DNA of 64,000 nt from an uncultured Clostridia bacterium. Its GTDB lineage: Bacteria > Bacillota > Clostridia > Christensenellales > CAMQZB01. The stretch is taken from assembly GCA_964541255.1 (NCBI GenBank), contig CAZIPL010000004.1:424-64423 (forward strand), in the 5' to 3' direction. Positions 26,353 to 35,157 of this stretch are shown here, one piece after another. How positions within the stretch are numbered: the first letter of the stretch is position 1; each line of letters opens with the position of its first letter. The translations under genes were made by a program, and so were the position numbers. A model generated the notes under the pieces. It made no database searches. It was not told the DNA's origin and saw nothing but the letters and a program-made list of their open reading frames with translations.

Positions 26353-27414
26353 ATGACCGATTTTGAAATATACGTATTAATACTCTGCGGAATTGTGTTG
26401 GCGTTGTTGACGGCAACCTTTTCGTGGTTAATCTCGTATATTTACAGACTTCAAATCAAAGGCATTCGAGGCGGTTTGTTCGACGTCGAGATTGCGGAGG
26501 AGTTCGAGCGTATCGAAAGGCAAAAGACTCGTTCCAAGGCGGCTCACGTTATTGTCGATATAATCGTCCCGAGTATCATTTGCATTGCATTGGTCATAGT
26601 TTTTGCTTTTTCGTTGAGCGTTGACATAAACAAAAACAAAAAGGTCGGCGTAGTGCCGCATTTGAAAGTCGTTCAAAGCGGTTCTATGGCGATAAAACAC
26701 CAATCGAACGAATACCTTGTCGAGAATAATCTCGACGATCAGCTGCAAATATTCGACGTTATCGTCATCGATTCGCTCCCGAAAGAAGAGGACTTGAAAA
26801 TATACGACATCGTCGTATATAAAGATTTCACCGACGGAGCGCTCGTCGTTCACAGAATTATCGAAATAAACATCGCCGAAGACGACAGCGGCGAAACGTG
26901 GTATTTGTTCAAAGGGGACGCCAACCAATATGCCGACAGATACCCCGTCAGATATTCCGATATGATAGGAATATATAGCGGAACGCGTATTCCGTACGTC
27001 GGCTCGTTCGTTACCTTTATGAATTCGCCCGCGGGGTATTTGTGCGTACTTCTCGTTATAGGCGTTCTTGCCGTTATGCCGATTATAGATAAAAAGCTCG
27101 ACAAGGCGAAAGCCGAAAGGTTCGGAACTTTTGAATTGAACGGAAACTTTACCGACGACGCTCAAGCTTTTGAAGATAACGAAGCAAGCGTTGAAGACGA
27201 TATGGATAATATTCAGACGACAAAGCAAACTCAAAGCGATTTTGTCGAACAAATTATTATCACTTCGGGTATGACGAGGTTAGATAATATCAATGATGTA
27301 AACATAGAAGCTGACGAAACGCGTGAAGAGTATGTGGGCGACTCTATCGTTGAGACTGACGAAATAAGCGTAAGTAACTTAAGTGAAGTTGACGACGACG
27401 ATTTTGTCGATTAG
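26353..27414 (+). CDS. SipW-type signal peptidase I (S26B, ER/archaeal-like Ser-His type) with N- and C-terminal extensions
   Basis: VQSGSMA (residues 109-112 are SGSM), LVVHRII (His167), LFKGDAN (G188-D189) and a C-terminal TM (about 226-245) parallel the SGSMEP / THRI / KGDNN / C-terminal TM pattern of B. subtilis SipW as I recall it. No clear SD precedes ATG 26353. Confidence 0.85.
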   Translation: MTDFEIYVLILCGIVLALLTATFSWLISYIYRLQIKGIRGGLFDVEIAEEFERIERQKTRSKAAHVIVDIIVPSIICIALVIVFAFSLSVDINKNKKVGVVPHLKVVQSGSMAIKHQSNEYLVENNLDDQLQIFDVIVIDSLPKEEDLKIYDIVVYKDFTDGALVVHRIIEINIAEDDSGETWYLFKGDANQYADRYPVRYSDMIGIYSGTRIPYVGSFVTFMNSPAGYLCVLLVIGVLAVMPIIDKKLDKAKAERFGTFELNGNFTDDAQAFEDNEASVEDDMDNIQTTKQTQSDFVEQIIITSGMTRLDNINDVNIEADETREEYVGDSIVETDEISVSNLSEVDDDDFVD

Positions 27415-27522
27415 GGCAACGAATAAAGCAACATATGATTTGCTGAAGAATCCAAGTTCTTGGCGCTCAAACTTGACGTAAAACAAATACTTCGAAAGTT
27501 GTTGCAATAAAAAAGTATCGAT

Positions 27523-28221
27523 ATGATAAAAAGAAACGTAAAAATCTATATATTTTTATTTATCTTATTGATAGTTTCCGTCTATTCCGTCGGAAGCGTT
27601 TTCGCCGTGTTCGCATATCCCGAGGGGCGCGCGGAATCCGCTACGGACAGTTTGACGGCTGTTCTTGGCAACTTTGGCTTCAAGACCGACGAAGATATCG
27701 CACATATGATAGCGGATAACGTTATTGAAAGCCTTAATAACAAAGACTCAAAGCTAAATGCCGCAATAGAAAGCAGAAAGAATTTTGCTAATACGATCGG
27801 TAATAAGGACGCTTGGCATACTGGCGGAGGTTTGGGATCTTGGGTCGGTTTTGCAAATATTAACACAGAGGTTTTAGGAACTGGCGCTGATACCGACGGT
27901 TGGTCGTATATCATTTATTATCGCGATGGGGCTGACGGAAACACTTATATTCTTTATACGACAAATTGTGAGATTACTAATGAAAATGTAGAGAATAAGG
28001 ATTATGTATATCCGATATATAAAACGATTATGACAAGAACAAGTACAACGCTTGCGGACGAAACGATTGTTTATTCCGATTTTGTCGCAGGAGAAACGAA
28101 AGTCGGATATTCGATGAGTGCATATTATTCACATTCGCTCACGGGAAGTTCATTTATTCAATCTCCTTCTTGGGATCCGACATATTGGTATCCCGGCGAA
28201 CCGCCGACTATGACAAATTGA
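27523..28221 (+). CDS. Secreted protein of unknown family, putative SipW substrate (cargo C)
   Basis: The N-terminus MIKRNVKIYIFLFILLIVSVYSVGSVFAVFAYPEG carries the same G-[GS]-V-[YF]-A-[TV]-F-[SA]-Y motif as cargo A. The C-terminus is aromatic-rich (SPSWDPTYWYPGEPP). No clear SD. Terminator at 28387-28426. Confidence 0.6.
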   Translation: MIKRNVKIYIFLFILLIVSVYSVGSVFAVFAYPEGRAESATDSLTAVLGNFGFKTDEDIAHMIADNVIESLNNKDSKLNAAIESRKNFANTIGNKDAWHTGGGLGSWVGFANINTEVLGTGADTDGWSYIIYYRDGADGNTYILYTTNCEITNENVENKDYVYPIYKTIMTRTSTTLADETIVYSDFVAGETKVGYSMSAYYSHSLTGSSFIQSPSWDPTYWYPGEPPTMTN

Positions 28222-28386
28222 GTAAAATCGCAATCATACTATCTTATTCATTGATAGTCTCACAATTAAGTTTTAAGACAATCAATTTGCAACTAAAGTT
28301 AAACTCGCTCATAATGCACGAAGTCTAAAACTTGCTTGCAATGGCTTATGACTTCGCAGCATTTCAACTTTTACAAAGAAATCTAT

Positions 28387-28426
28387 CGTGCCTTAAAGGT
28401 TAGTGCTTTTAAGGCGCGATTTTTTA
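28387..28426 (+). terminator. Intrinsic terminator of the sipW-type cassette
   Basis: CGTGCCTTAAA / TTTAAGGCGCG 11-bp stem followed by ATTTTTT, 165 nt after the cargo C stop. Confidence 0.7.
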
Positions 28427-28853
28427 TATAGTTTTTTATTGTTTTGAACCGAAAGCGTCTTTACTTAACATATTGGTTTTTTGAATTATAGCTTATATCG
28501 CGTGGCGGAAAGCGTGTTTATATTGCGTAAAATCGTCGCAAAAAATCGCGATATAATAATTCTATACGAAAAAAACCTTAAATTTTGTCCTAAAATAGGC
28601 ATAGGTTGATAAGTTCTGTCTTGTAATCGCGTTTTTTCTGTATTATAATATATATAAGAGAGTTAATTTAAGCAAATCGTTCTTTTGCGCTTGCGATACG
28701 TTTTTTATTTGGGAGAAAAACATTGTCGTAAGATAGTCGTAACTATTTTATGTCAGTGTTAATCTTTCAAGATTAAGACAAAAAGCGTGACTTTTTTGAA
28801 TTTTTTGCAAAGGCTTTTATTGCTTTTGGCGATATAGAAAATGGAGGAAAAAG

Positions 28854-30941
28854 ATGAGAGAAGTAAAGAACTTTGCTGAAGCACTCGACGCATTGGAAGC
28901 ATTGGGCGTCGAGGCTATCGAAAACCAACAATCCAACCACGTCGAAGAATCGAGAGAGCTTGCGAGATGTCTTATCAAGCAAATGAAGCTCAAAGAAAAG
29001 GTTTATATGGTCGGCGGACATTGGGTTCCGTTCCGCGAGCTTATGCACGGAAGAATTTATAACGTATTCCCGATCCCCGGCGGCGGTTGCAAGAGGCTCG
29101 GAATTCCGCCCGCGCTTTTCTCGGACGGCCCGAGAGGAGTCGTTATGCAAAACTCCACCGCGTTCCCGACTTCCAACGTTCGTGCGGCGGCATTTGACGA
29201 CGGGTTAGAAGAGCAAGTCGGCGACGCTATCGCAAAAGAGTGCATAGCGCACGGAGCGAACTATTTCGCCGGCGTTTGCATAAATCTTCTTCGTCATCCC
29301 GCTTGGGGAAGAGCGCAAGAGGCTTACGGCGAGGATCAATATTTGACGGGACGTTACGGCGTAGCATTGACGCACGCTCTTCAAAGAAGAGGCGTAATTT
29401 CTTGCCCGAAGCATTATGCTTTGAACTCTATCGAAAATTTGCGTTTCGAAGTTGACGCTAAGTGCGACAAAGAAACGCTCAACGACGTATATTTATATCA
29501 CTTCAAAAAGTGTATCGATGCGGGCGCCGGCTCTATCATGGGCGCGTATAACAAGGTTAACGGCACCTATTCGTGCGAGAGTAAGGAGCTTTTCACCGAC
29601 ATTTTGAGAAACGAGTGGGGCTTCGAGGGCTTCTCGATTTCCGACTTTGTTTGGGGCGTTCATGAGGGCGTAGAGTCACTTGAGGCAGGTCTTGACATCG
29701 AAATGCCTATCACGATGAAGCGCGGCGGAAAACTCAAAAAAGCGGTCAAGAGCGGGAAACTTGACGAAGCCGTTCTCGATAAGGCGTGCGAGAATATCAT
29801 TTCGACGCTCATTCGTTTCGGCGTAATATTAAGAAAGGAATCTTTCGGCAAAGAAGTTGTCGTATGCAAAGAGCATCAGGATCTGGCAAGAACGGTTCTT
29901 GAAAAGGGTACTGTTTTGTTGAAAAACAACGGCGTTCTTCCTATTACGAACACAAACGAAAAGATCGCGATAGTCGGACGTTTTGCAAACGATAAGGTTA
30001 TCGGCGATCACGGCTCGAGCTGCGTTTTCCCGCCGTATATCGTAACTCCTTACGAGGGACTTAAAAAGGTATATAACAACGTCGTCGTCGAATCGTCGAG
30101 CGATATAGAAAAATGCAAAGCCGCTTCGAAAGACGCCGAGAAGATTATCGTCGTTGTCGGAAATAACTTTGAGGACGAGGGTGAATTCGTCGCGAAAGGC
30201 GGCGAAAAGGTCGTTAAGGGCGGCGACAGAACGACGCTTCGTATGCATAAAGAGGACGTTGACCTTATCACTTCGCTTTCTTCGCTCGGGAAGCCCGTTG
30301 TAGTTGTTTTCTACGCAGGTTCTGCCGTTATTATCGAAGAGTGGAAGAACTGCGCCGATGCGATTTTATATGCAGGCTACCCGGGACTTGAGGGCGGCAA
30401 CGCACTTGCGAATATCATTTCGGGCAAGGTCAATCCGTCGGGCAAGCTTCCGTTCACGGTTGCTAAACGCGAAGAGGACTATCCCAAGTTCTTGTATTCG
30501 GGCGAGGGTAAAGAAATCGTTTATGAATACTATCACGGCTATGCGAAGTTCGAAAAGGAAAATATCGCTCCCGCATATCCGTTCGGATACGGACTTTCCT
30601 ATACGTCGTATGAATACGGCGATATGACCGCAAGCGTTGAAGGCGATAACATCGTTGCCAAAGTATCGGTCAAGAACGTCGGCTCAGTTGACGGCGAGGA
30701 AGCCGTACTTGCGTTTGTCGGCTCAAATATCGACGGTAAGCCGCATAAGCTTTTGAAAGGCTTTAAGAGAATTGCATTGAAAGCCGGCGAAGAGGGCGAG
30801 TGCGAAATCGATATCAAAAAAGCCGATCTCGAGCTTTATAGCAATGATTTAGGTGCGTGCGTAGTTCCGAAGAACGTAACGGTATACTTAGGCGCAAACG
30901 TTGAAGAAGCGGAAAAGAGAAGCGTTGCGATCGAGCTTTGA
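28854..30941 (+). CDS. Glycoside hydrolase family 3 (beta-glucosidase/xylosidase-like), canonical domain order, cytoplasmic
   Basis: RHPAWGRAQEAYGEDQ, KHYALNS and the SISDF nucleophile region come first. The a/b-sandwich follows (GKVNPSGKLPFT), then YPFGYGLSYTSYEY and an Fn3-like domain. RBS GGAGGA. No signal peptide. Confidence 0.9.
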   Translation: MREVKNFAEALDALEALGVEAIENQQSNHVEESRELARCLIKQMKLKEKVYMVGGHWVPFRELMHGRIYNVFPIPGGGCKRLGIPPALFSDGPRGVVMQNSTAFPTSNVRAAAFDDGLEEQVGDAIAKECIAHGANYFAGVCINLLRHPAWGRAQEAYGEDQYLTGRYGVALTHALQRRGVISCPKHYALNSIENLRFEVDAKCDKETLNDVYLYHFKKCIDAGAGSIMGAYNKVNGTYSCESKELFTDILRNEWGFEGFSISDFVWGVHEGVESLEAGLDIEMPITMKRGGKLKKAVKSGKLDEAVLDKACENIISTLIRFGVILRKESFGKEVVVCKEHQDLARTVLEKGTVLLKNNGVLPITNTNEKIAIVGRFANDKVIGDHGSSCVFPPYIVTPYEGLKKVYNNVVVESSSDIEKCKAASKDAEKIIVVVGNNFEDEGEFVAKGGEKVVKGGDRTTLRMHKEDVDLITSLSSLGKPVVVVFYAGSAVIIEEWKNCADAILYAGYPGLEGGNALANIISGKVNPSGKLPFTVAKREEDYPKFLYSGEGKEIVYEYYHGYAKFEKENIAPAYPFGYGLSYTSYEYGDMTASVEGDNIVAKVSVKNVGSVDGEEAVLAFVGSNIDGKPHKLLKGFKRIALKAGEEGECEIDIKKADLELYSNDLGACVVPKNVTVYLGANVEEAEKRSVAIEL

Positions 30942-31071
30942 TGGCTTAACGGCATTTAGCAAATAGTTGCTTTTGCCGATGTAATCGTAGTAATATTATT
31001 ATATAAGCAATTCGCGCCTCGACAAATAAGTCAAGGCGCATAAAATAATTTTGACACAATAGGAGAAAGAA

Positions 31072-32499
31072 ATGAAAAAACAGGCGTTTAACCCATATTT
31101 GCCGTCGTATGAATATATCCCCGACGGCGAGCCGCACGTTTTCGGCGACAGAGTTTATGTGTACGGTTCTCACGACGAATTCAACGGCAAAATGTATTGC
31201 AAGAACAACTACGTTTGCTATTCCGCTCCCGTAGACGATCTTTCCGATTGGAGATTCGAGGGTGTAATTTATGACAAAAAGCAAGACCCGTTCGCAAAAA
31301 CGAGACTTATTCCCGAACCGTGCTTATACGCGCCCGACGTTACGAAAGGCGTTGACGGCAGATATTATCTATATTACGCGTTCGATTTCAGAGGCGTTAT
31401 TTCTGTTGCCGTTTGCGACACGCCTTGCGGAAAATTTGAATACTACGGCGACGTACATCACAAAAGCGGCGAGCTTTACGGCAAAAAGAAAGGCGATAAA
31501 TTCGCGTTCGATCCCGGCGTTCTGACTGACGACGACGGAAGAGTTTGGCTATATAGCGGATTTGCTCCGCAGTTTGACAATCCTATGGCGGCAAAATTCT
31601 TTAATAAGGTCGGCAATGATGTCATCGAGCTTGAACAGGATATGCTTACGATAAAGTCCGTCAAAGACTTGATTGTAGATGCAAGAAACGGCAAGGGTAC
31701 GGAGTTTGAGGGACATGAGTTTTACGAAGCAAGCTCGATAAGAAAGTTTGACGGAAAATATTATTTCATCTATTCGTCTACTTTGTCTCACGAGCTTGCG
31801 TACGCCGTTTCCGATTATCCCGACAAGGGTTATTCTTACGGCGGAACATTGCATTCGAACTGCGATCTCGGAATTTCAAACGAGCCTCAGACTTTCTGGG
31901 GAAACAACCACGGCTCGATTGAAAGAATCAACGGAAAGTTCTATGTTTTCGGACATCGCCAGACCAACTGGCACGAGTTCTCCCGTCAGGGAATTGCGGA
32001 AGAAATCGAGTTTAAGGACGGCAAATTCTTGCAAGCCGAGCTTACTTCCTGCGGCTTGAACGGAGGGCCGCTTGCAGGAAGAGGTGAATACGAAGCAAGA
32101 ATCGCTTGCACGCTTTCCGCTAAAGACGGCGTTTGTAAGTCCGACATGAGTTTTTCTAAGAAAAAGAAAAACTATCCCGCCTTTACTCAGACGGGAAAGG
32201 ACAGAGAGAACAATCCCGATCAATACATCGCAAATATGCTCGATGGCTCGACTGCTGGATTTAAGTACTTTGCGTTCGATAATCTCTCGACAATAACCGT
32301 TTTTGTTAAAGGAAAGGCTGAGGGCGAAATGTATGTTTCCGACGAAAACGGCAATGAAGTTGCAAGAATTCCCGTTACGGCAGAGAAAGAGTATAAGCCG
32401 TTCAAGGCTCAGGCAAAAATCGACGACGGTAAGCATGCGCTATACTTCACGTACGTAGGAAAAGGCGCGGTAGATTTCAAATCTTTCATTCTCGAATAA
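31072..32499 (+). CDS. Glycoside hydrolase family 43-like (beta-xylosidase/alpha-L-arabinofuranosidase type) with C-terminal beta-sandwich
   Basis: The N-terminus NPYLPSYEYIPDGEPHVFGDRVYVYGSHD is typical of a GH43 subgroup. RBS AGGAGAAAG. Terminator at 32515-32546. Confidence 0.8.
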   Translation: MKKQAFNPYLPSYEYIPDGEPHVFGDRVYVYGSHDEFNGKMYCKNNYVCYSAPVDDLSDWRFEGVIYDKKQDPFAKTRLIPEPCLYAPDVTKGVDGRYYLYYAFDFRGVISVAVCDTPCGKFEYYGDVHHKSGELYGKKKGDKFAFDPGVLTDDDGRVWLYSGFAPQFDNPMAAKFFNKVGNDVIELEQDMLTIKSVKDLIVDARNGKGTEFEGHEFYEASSIRKFDGKYYFIYSSTLSHELAYAVSDYPDKGYSYGGTLHSNCDLGISNEPQTFWGNNHGSIERINGKFYVFGHRQTNWHEFSRQGIAEEIEFKDGKFLQAELTSCGLNGGPLAGRGEYEARIACTLSAKDGVCKSDMSFSKKKKNYPAFTQTGKDRENNPDQYIANMLDGSTAGFKYFAFDNLSTITVFVKGKAEGEMYVSDENGNEVARIPVTAEKEYKPFKAQAKIDDGKHALYFTYVGKGAVDFKSFILE

Positions 32500-32514
32500 G
32501 AATGAAATAGTATA

Positions 32515-32546
32515 AAAGGTTCGATGAAAAGTCGAACCTTTTTTGA
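32515..32546 (+). terminator. Intrinsic terminator
   Basis: AAAGGTTCGA-loop-TCGAACCTTT followed by TTT. Confidence 0.8.
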
Positions 32547-32753
32547 TAGTATGTCAATTGTGTTTCAAACTTAGAAGCGCAAAACGATAGTTTTAAGGCA
32601 AAGTATCTTTGCTTTTAATTGGTTATATTTAGATAATATAATCAAATTGCAAATCCTTTGATAAAATCATTTTATAGTATTAATTGATTTGTTGCTTTTC
32701 TTGTCTTTTATCTCGGGAGAAAGTGCAATAGAATTCCAATGAAAGTGGATATA

Positions 32754-32790
32754 CAAAGCAAAAGAGCGAGCCGTTTGCTCGCTCTTTTGT
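32754..32790 (-). terminator. Intrinsic terminator of the PFK-like gene
   Basis: AAAAGAGCGAGC-CGTTT-GCTCGCTCTTTT 12-bp stem just downstream of the stop at 32807. Confidence 0.75.
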
Positions 32791-32806
32791 GCCCTTGTGA
32801 GCCGTT

Positions 32807-33961
32807 TTATATAAGGAAGGAAAGAAATTGCGGTAAATCTCCGACAAGAGGCTTTACCCAATCGATGAACTCGTCTGTAACAAATGTCTTGTCGGGTGTC
32901 ATGAAGTGCTCGGGGAAAACCTTTTCCGTCAACATGACTTTTTCGATGGGAATGAGCTTGGTTTGCATGACATATGGTTTTGTCGAAATACGTTCAAAGC
33001 CGACCATAACTTTCGATATTCCCGAAAGCGCCGCTTTGACTGCTTCGCTTCCCGCAATGAAAGCCTCTTCGATATCGACTTTCGACGCGTATGTATAAGA
33101 ACATCTTTGAAGAAGTCCCGGTTTTTCGCTTCTTGCTTTGATTCCGAGGTTTTTCAAAATCAAATTCTGAAGATGAGCCGAAACGTCTCCGAAATATGTC
33201 GCTCTTCCGACTGTCAAAATCGGTTCGACGACGGGCTTTCCGTCAAGTCCTTTCAAACCCTCCGACGCGACAATGCAAACGCCGCCCTTTTTGCGGAATA
33301 GTCTTTCCGCATCGATAAGGAATTTTTCTTCATCAAAGGGATTTTCGGGAAGATAAAGAAGATCGGGCGCGCCGAAGCCGTCTTCTCTTGCCAAAGCTGC
33401 CGCTGCCGTAATCCAACCGACGTTTCTTCCCATGCTTTCGATTACCGAAACGTGAATGGGAAGTCCCGAGATGTCGCAAGCCGCTTCTTTGACGGAAGCT
33501 GCGATATATCTTGCCGCCGAAGCATATCCCGGGGCGTGATCGGTTTCCATAATGTCGTTGTCAATGGTTTTAGGAATTCCGACGACGACTATATCCTTGC
33601 CCGCGGTGTGTTTTGCGATGTTTCCGCAAGTATCCATAGAGCCGTTGCCGCCGTTTACCAAAACATATTTGATGTCGTGTTTAACCAATATTTCGGCGAT
33701 TTTCTCGTAATCCTCGCTTTCGAGAGGGAATCTGCTCGTGCCGATTGCGCTTCCGGGGGTTATTTTGAGCTTTTCGATGTTGCTGTCCGAAACGTTCGTA
33801 AGATCCAAAAAGTCCTCGTTTATAAGTCCTTTCGAGCCGTAACGCGCGGCAAGAATCTTGCCTTGGAAACGCTCTTTTTTAAGCTCTGACAAAACGCCTG
33901 CCAAAGAGCTGTTTATTACGCTTGTCGGCGCACCGCCGTGCATGATTAAAATATTAGACAT
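32807..33961 (-). CDS. Phosphofructokinase-family protein (PFK-A fold; phosphoryl donor and substrate uncertain)
   Basis: ATG at 33961 follows GAGGA (the track start at 33985 lacks an RBS). MHGGAPTSVINSS, NGGNGSMDT, IPKTIDNDI and MGRNVGW motifs are present. It combines Gly at the ATP-type position with Lys at the PPi-type position. Confidence 0.8.
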   Translation of the reverse strand: MSNILIMHGGAPTSVINSSLAGVLSELKKERFQGKILAARYGSKGLINEDFLDLTNVSDSNIEKLKITPGSAIGTSRFPLESEDYEKIAEILVKHDIKYVLVNGGNGSMDTCGNIAKHTAGKDIVVVGIPKTIDNDIMETDHAPGYASAARYIAASVKEAACDISGLPIHVSVIESMGRNVGWITAAAALAREDGFGAPDLLYLPENPFDEEKFLIDAERLFRKKGGVCIVASEGLKGLDGKPVVEPILTVGRATYFGDVSAHLQNLILKNLGIKARSEKPGLLQRCSYTYASKVDIEEAFIAGSEAVKAALSGISKVMVGFERISTKPYVMQTKLIPIEKVMLTEKVFPEHFMTPDKTFVTDEFIDWVKPLVGDLPQFLSFLI

Positions 33962-34027
33962 AAAAATATCCTCGCTTTTATTCACTTAAATTTTATCATA
34001 TTTTGCTTTTACTTCAATTTATTCGTA

Positions 34028-34040
34028 CGCAATCGTTTGC
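34028..34040. promoter_or_regulatory. Candidate LacI-type operator CGCAATCGTTTGC (site 2)
   Basis: Exact 12-mer at 34029-34040 in the divergent pfk-like/lacI region. It overlaps the -35 of the putative lacI promoter. Confidence 0.55.
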
Positions 34041-34065
34041 TTTATTGAAAAGGTTGTGCTAATAT
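34037..34065 (+). promoter_or_regulatory. Putative sigma-A promoter of the LacI regulator gene
   Basis: TTGCTT (34037-34042), 17 nt, TAATAT (34060-34065). The -35 overlaps operator site 2. Confidence 0.4.
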
Positions 34066-34120
34066 GTAATTGAAAAAGGTTTGATTGAAAATGCTTAAAA
34101 AACGGATTTCGGAGGGGATT

Positions 34121-35101
34121 ATGTCAACGATAAAAGACGTTGCTAAGCTTGCCGAGGTTGCACCCTCGACGGTGTCGAGAGTACTTAACGGCGAGAACAA
34201 ATGTGCGACGGAAAGCGTGAAAAAGAGAATATTCGATGCGGCGGCAAAGCTCGACTACGTTCCGTCGCAAGCTGCAAAATCTCTTAAGAGAGGAAAGGAC
34301 GCGACGCCGGCAAACAGAATATCCATTCTTTATGCGAGGAATTCAAGCATAGAAGATTCGTATTTTTCCGACCTTGCCCGATTTGTCAAGCGTGAAGCGA
34401 TAAAGGCCGGGTGCTTACTTGGAGAAGAATACTTCGGCGACGAGGACGTTGCTCCGAAAAAAAGCGAGGGGCTTGTCGTTTTGGGGCGTCCGAGAAATTC
34501 TCTGGGCGGGTTTATCTCGAAATTCGGAGGGAGAGTTGTTTACGTAACGCTTAACAAAGTCGGTTCCGAGACCGATCACGTTTTGTGCGACGGAAAAGAG
34601 GCTGCAAAGCTCGCAATGAAGTACCTTTTCGACAAAGGACATAGGAAAATCGCGTATATAGGGGAGTATTCCGACGAAATAAGGTATGTCGGATATAAAG
34701 AGTTTTTGATTGAAAACAGACTTGAATTCCGCGGCGATTACGTAATAAACACATCGATGAGTATTAGAGGCGGAATGAGAGGTGCGGAGGAACTTGTTAA
34801 GCTCAGCGATCTTCCGACGGCTGTTTTTTGCGCCAACGACTTGACGGCGATTGGCGTTATCGAAAAGCTAAAAGAGCAAAAGATCAAGGTGCCCGAAAAG
34901 CTTTCCGTCATAGGAATAGACAACATTCCGAAAGCGGAGGAGATAGAACCTATGCTTACGACGGTCAGCGTTCCGACGAGGGAACTGGCGCATTTTGCCG
35001 TTATGACGCTATGCGATAAGCTAAGCGGCGGTCATACGATTAACGCGATGACGTTTTTGCCTCCCGCGCTTGTCGTTCGAGACAGCGTCAAAAAGCGTTA
35101 A
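34121..35101 (+). CDS. LacI-family transcriptional regulator
   Basis: ATG at 34121 follows GGAGGGG. N-terminal HTH IKDVAKLAEVAPSTVSRVLNG plus a periplasmic-binding-like effector domain. It is flanked on both sides by the GCAATCGTTTGC 12-mer. Confidence 0.9.
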   Translation: MSTIKDVAKLAEVAPSTVSRVLNGENKCATESVKKRIFDAAAKLDYVPSQAAKSLKRGKDATPANRISILYARNSSIEDSYFSDLARFVKREAIKAGCLLGEEYFGDEDVAPKKSEGLVVLGRPRNSLGGFISKFGGRVVYVTLNKVGSETDHVLCDGKEAAKLAMKYLFDKGHRKIAYIGEYSDEIRYVGYKEFLIENRLEFRGDYVINTSMSIRGGMRGAEELVKLSDLPTAVFCANDLTAIGVIEKLKEQKIKVPEKLSVIGIDNIPKAEEIEPMLTTVSVPTRELAHFAVMTLCDKLSGGHTINAMTFLPPALVVRDSVKKR

Positions 35102-35142
35102 ACAATTAAAGAAATGATTGCTATAAGACAAATGAAACAAAA

Positions 35143-35156
35143 TGCAATCGTTTGCG
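35143..35156. promoter_or_regulatory. Candidate LacI-type operator TGCAATCGTTTGCG (site 3)
   Basis: Exact 12-mer at 35144-35155. It lies between the lacI stop and its terminator hairpin, 83 nt upstream of the TIM-like gene. Confidence 0.5.
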
Positions 35157-35157
35157 T

